DNA of 12,407 nt from Octopus sinensis. Lineage: Eukaryota. The notes under the pieces are model-generated. The model saw only the letters and a list, made by a program, of their open reading frames with translations, was not told the DNA's origin and searched no databases. The stretch is from positions 1 through 12,407 of the forward strand of contig NW_021826604.1 of the NCBI RefSeq assembly GCF_006345805.1, given 5' to 3'. The position numbers were made by a program, and so were the translations under genes. Every line of letters begins with the position of its first letter. The stretch's first letter is position 1. Positions 9,851 to 12,407 of this stretch are shown here, piece after piece.

Positions 9851-10125
9851 TTAGATATATTAGTGAATTGAAGAACTGGAAGTTGAACGAAGATTGAACA
9901 GAAATCGTTTTATTGCATTCTACACGTGTTTCGAAAGGCACAATTTACCAAATTCCGATTGAATAAGGAGACCATATCGTGTCTTTCTCTTCAGGAAGAA
10001 ATAGGAATCCGTTGGAAAAACAAAAAGAAAAACAGAACAGAGACGGAGCAAAACAAATCGAACGAGGCTCCTAACTATTGATTAATCTGCAACAAGATTA
10101 TTCATCTTTCTATTTCACAAAATAT
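9851..10125 (-). mobile_element. Hammerhead-bearing element, family B copy 1: inverted ribozyme module (9851-10058, -) plus terminal module (10072-10125, +)
   Basis: The reverse complement of 9851-10058 aligns by eye to 10392-10581; 10072-10125 aligns directly to 10677-10730. Confidence 0.75.
9912..10002 (-). ncRNA. Type I hammerhead ribozyme with canonical core
   Basis: UUC-CUGAAGA-GAAAGACACGAU...AUUGUGCCUUUC-GAA-ACACGUGU-A/GAA. CUGANGA, GAAA and the GUA triplet are all intact; stem II is 12 bp with one mismatch and one GU pair. Confidence 0.85.
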
Positions 10126-10151
10126 ATTATATAATATATATATATATAATC

Positions 10152-10187
<36 letters not shown>

Positions 10188-10222
10188 ATATATATGTGTA
10201 TATATATATATATATGTATATA

Positions 10223-10282
<60 letters not shown>

Positions 10283-10356
10283 ATATATATATATGTATAT
10301 ATATTATATATGTATATATTATAGTATATATCTATATATGTATATATATATATATG

Positions 10357-10388
<32 letters not shown>

Positions 10389-10391
10389 TGT
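10126..10391. repeat. (TA)n/(TATG)n microsatellite between the two family B copies
   Basis: Seen directly. Confidence 0.95.
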
Positions 10392-10730
10392 ATTGCTTTG
10401 CTGCGCCTCTGTTTTGTTGTGTTCTGACAACGTAATTCCTGGTTTTTCCTGAGAGAAAGCTGCAATATGGTATCATTATTAATCAGATTGGAAAATTGTG
10501 GCCTTGAAACATGTGTAGAATGTATAAAAGGAATTCTGTACAATCTTCGTTCAACTCCATCTTCATTCACTATTATATTAAACTTCAATATCCGCACCAA
10601 CGCACGGTTGCAACACCATATGGTCTTATCTCAACCGTGTTTTTTTCTGCTGTGATTTTTACTACCCAGGTATCGGTAAACTTTGATAATCTGTAACAAG
10701 AAAATTCATCTTCCATTTCAACAAAATATA
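10392..10730 (+). mobile_element. Hammerhead-bearing element, family B copy 2 (collinear, ~340 bp)
   Basis: Order: pyrimidine tract, hammerhead-like motif, body, terminal module, (TA)n. Homologous to both parts of copy 1. Confidence 0.75.
10446..10520 (+). ncRNA. Degenerate type I hammerhead ribozyme (family B)
   Basis: UUC-CUGA-GA-GAAAGCUGCAAU...AUUGUGGCCUU-GAA-ACAUGUGU-A/GAA. N7 is missing and there are two CG-to-TG changes relative to copy 1. Confidence 0.65.
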
Positions 10731-10789
10731 TATATTATATGTATATATATATATATATATTATATATATATGTATATAATATATATATG

Positions 10790-10872
<83 letters not shown>

Positions 10873-10892
10873 TATAGATATATATGTATATA

Positions 10893-10923
<31 letters not shown>

Positions 10924-10943
10924 GTATATATATATAATATATG

Positions 10944-11007
<64 letters not shown>

Positions 11008-11096
11008 CTATATAAGTAGTATATATATGTATTATATAGATATATATATATATATGTTAATATATTAATTATATTTATATATATATATATATGTAT

Positions 11097-11129
<33 letters not shown>

Positions 11130-11324
11130 GATATGTATATATATATATATATATATGTATATAGATATATATGTATATATGTATATATAGTATATATATA
11201 ATAAATATATATATAGTATTTGTATATATATAATGTATATATGTATATATAATATATATATATGTATATATTATATATATGTCATATGTAATATATATAT
11301 AATATAGTATATATATATATATAT

Positions 11325-11356
<32 letters not shown>

Positions 11357-11550
11357 TATTGTATATAATATATATATAGTATAGTATGTATATATGAGAT
11401 ATATGTATATATGTATATATATATAGGTATATATGTATATAGCATATATATATATATGTATATTTATAGTATATATATATGGATATATATATATAGTATA
11501 TATGTATAATATATATATGTATATATGTTATATATATATATTATATATAG

Positions 11551-11583
<33 letters not shown>

Positions 11584-11596
11584 TATATATATTATA
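10731..11596. repeat. Degenerate (TA)n/(TATG)n microsatellite block
   Basis: Seen directly. Confidence 0.97.
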
Positions 11597-12044
11597 CGGT
11601 TCCGTTTTCAGCAGAGAAAGACGTGATTGCCTTTGCTCTGTGAAAAAGTCTGCATAGAACGGCGAAATAACCCACTGTAGTTGCAAAACGTAAAACTCTA
11701 AGTCATAGAGATCACTACAACACTTTGGTTAAAAATATTTAAAAAAAATATATATAAATATATACATATACACAGTAATTTTCATTTTCCCGAAAACGCA
11801 CATGGTGCAAAAATAACTGAATCAAGTTATCTCCTGCAAGAAAGAAAAAAGAAGCATCTCTCCTGAAAAAAATCCCGTAACCACAAAAAAAAAAAAAAAT
11901 CCAGACCACATTGTTGGATTAAGTATCAATTTCATCTATTTCATATTTTATTTATTATTCTATTTTATCTTTCACTTAGGCCCACATCTTAGTTAAAGTT
12001 GCGATCGTCATTTGGTTTGTTTACATTTCATAACTGTTCTCGAT

Positions 12045-12407
12045 ATAATAATTTCCAGATACTCTATCTTCTAATTAGCCTTAAGATTAAATTAATAACG
12101 TTTAATATTGATACCGTCAAATTAGCCTTAGGATTAAATTAAGTAACGTTTAATATTGTTTAATATGTTAATAATTATTGTTAATTAGCCTTAAGATTAA
12201 ATTAAATAACGTTTAATATTGTTTTAATAGTGTTAATAATTTTCAGATACTCTATCTTCTAATTAGCCTTAAGATTAAATTAAATAACGTTTAATATTAA
12301 TAACGTCTAGTTAGCCTTAGGATTAAATTAAATAACGTTTAATATTGTTAATAATTATTGTTAATTAGCCTTAGGATTAAATTAAGTAACGTTTAATATT
12401 GTTTAAT
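12045..12407. repeat. AT-rich minisatellite/satellite: ~39-bp core with ~188-bp higher-order period; runs off the window end
   Basis: Core aattagcctta(a/g)gattaaatta(a/ag)taacgtttaatatt starts near 12073, 12120, 12183, 12261, 12310 and 12363. cagatactctatcttct recurs at 12056 and 12244. Confidence 0.9.

Noticed and set aside
7258-11657. Dozens of Tyr/Ile-rich ORFs (also 85..276, 4646..4831, 5099..5302, 5493..5696)
   Set aside because: They are translations of (TA)n microsatellite, which rarely contains stop codons.
11602-11662. Fifth hammerhead ribozyme
   Set aside because: The core would be CAGCAGA with misplaced GAAA and no stem III; kept only as a low-interest hairpin.
12073-12407. CRISPR-like repeat/spacer appearance
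   Set aside because: Spacers are variable in length, AT-rich and repeat one another; no cas genes; eukaryotic context.

Overview
Eukaryotic, repeat-only window with no supportable host gene. The extreme (TA)n load and repeat families I recognise from memory suggest an octopus/cephalopod genome (inference). Positions ~736-4692 (+) hold an apparently full-length CR1/L2-group non-LTR retrotransposon: ORF1 with a hidden CCCH-type finger, ORF2 with APE endonuclease and RT, a 3' stem-loop and a (GTAAAAGA)n tail. Its reading frames are broken by about 25 small indels, mostly single-base losses from homopolymer runs, and I saw no nonsense substitutions in ORF2 when threading the frames by eye. It may therefore be intact in vivo and mis-assembled. 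Downstream are tRNA-SINE fragments and ~4.5 kb of degenerate (TA)n. The main unannotated signal is four type I hammerhead-ribozyme-like motifs from two short non-autonomous (probably Penelope-like) families embedded in (TA)n: 5398-5435 (-), 7190-7224 (+), 9912-10002 (-) and 10446-10520 (+). The 9912-10002 copy has a fully canonical catalytic core, a long stem II and a palindromic stem III. That copy also shows a twin-priming-like inversion relative to its neighbour. The window ends in an AT-rich ~188-bp higher-order satellite. All analysis was manual, so element boundaries are approximate and family names rest on recall, not database searches.
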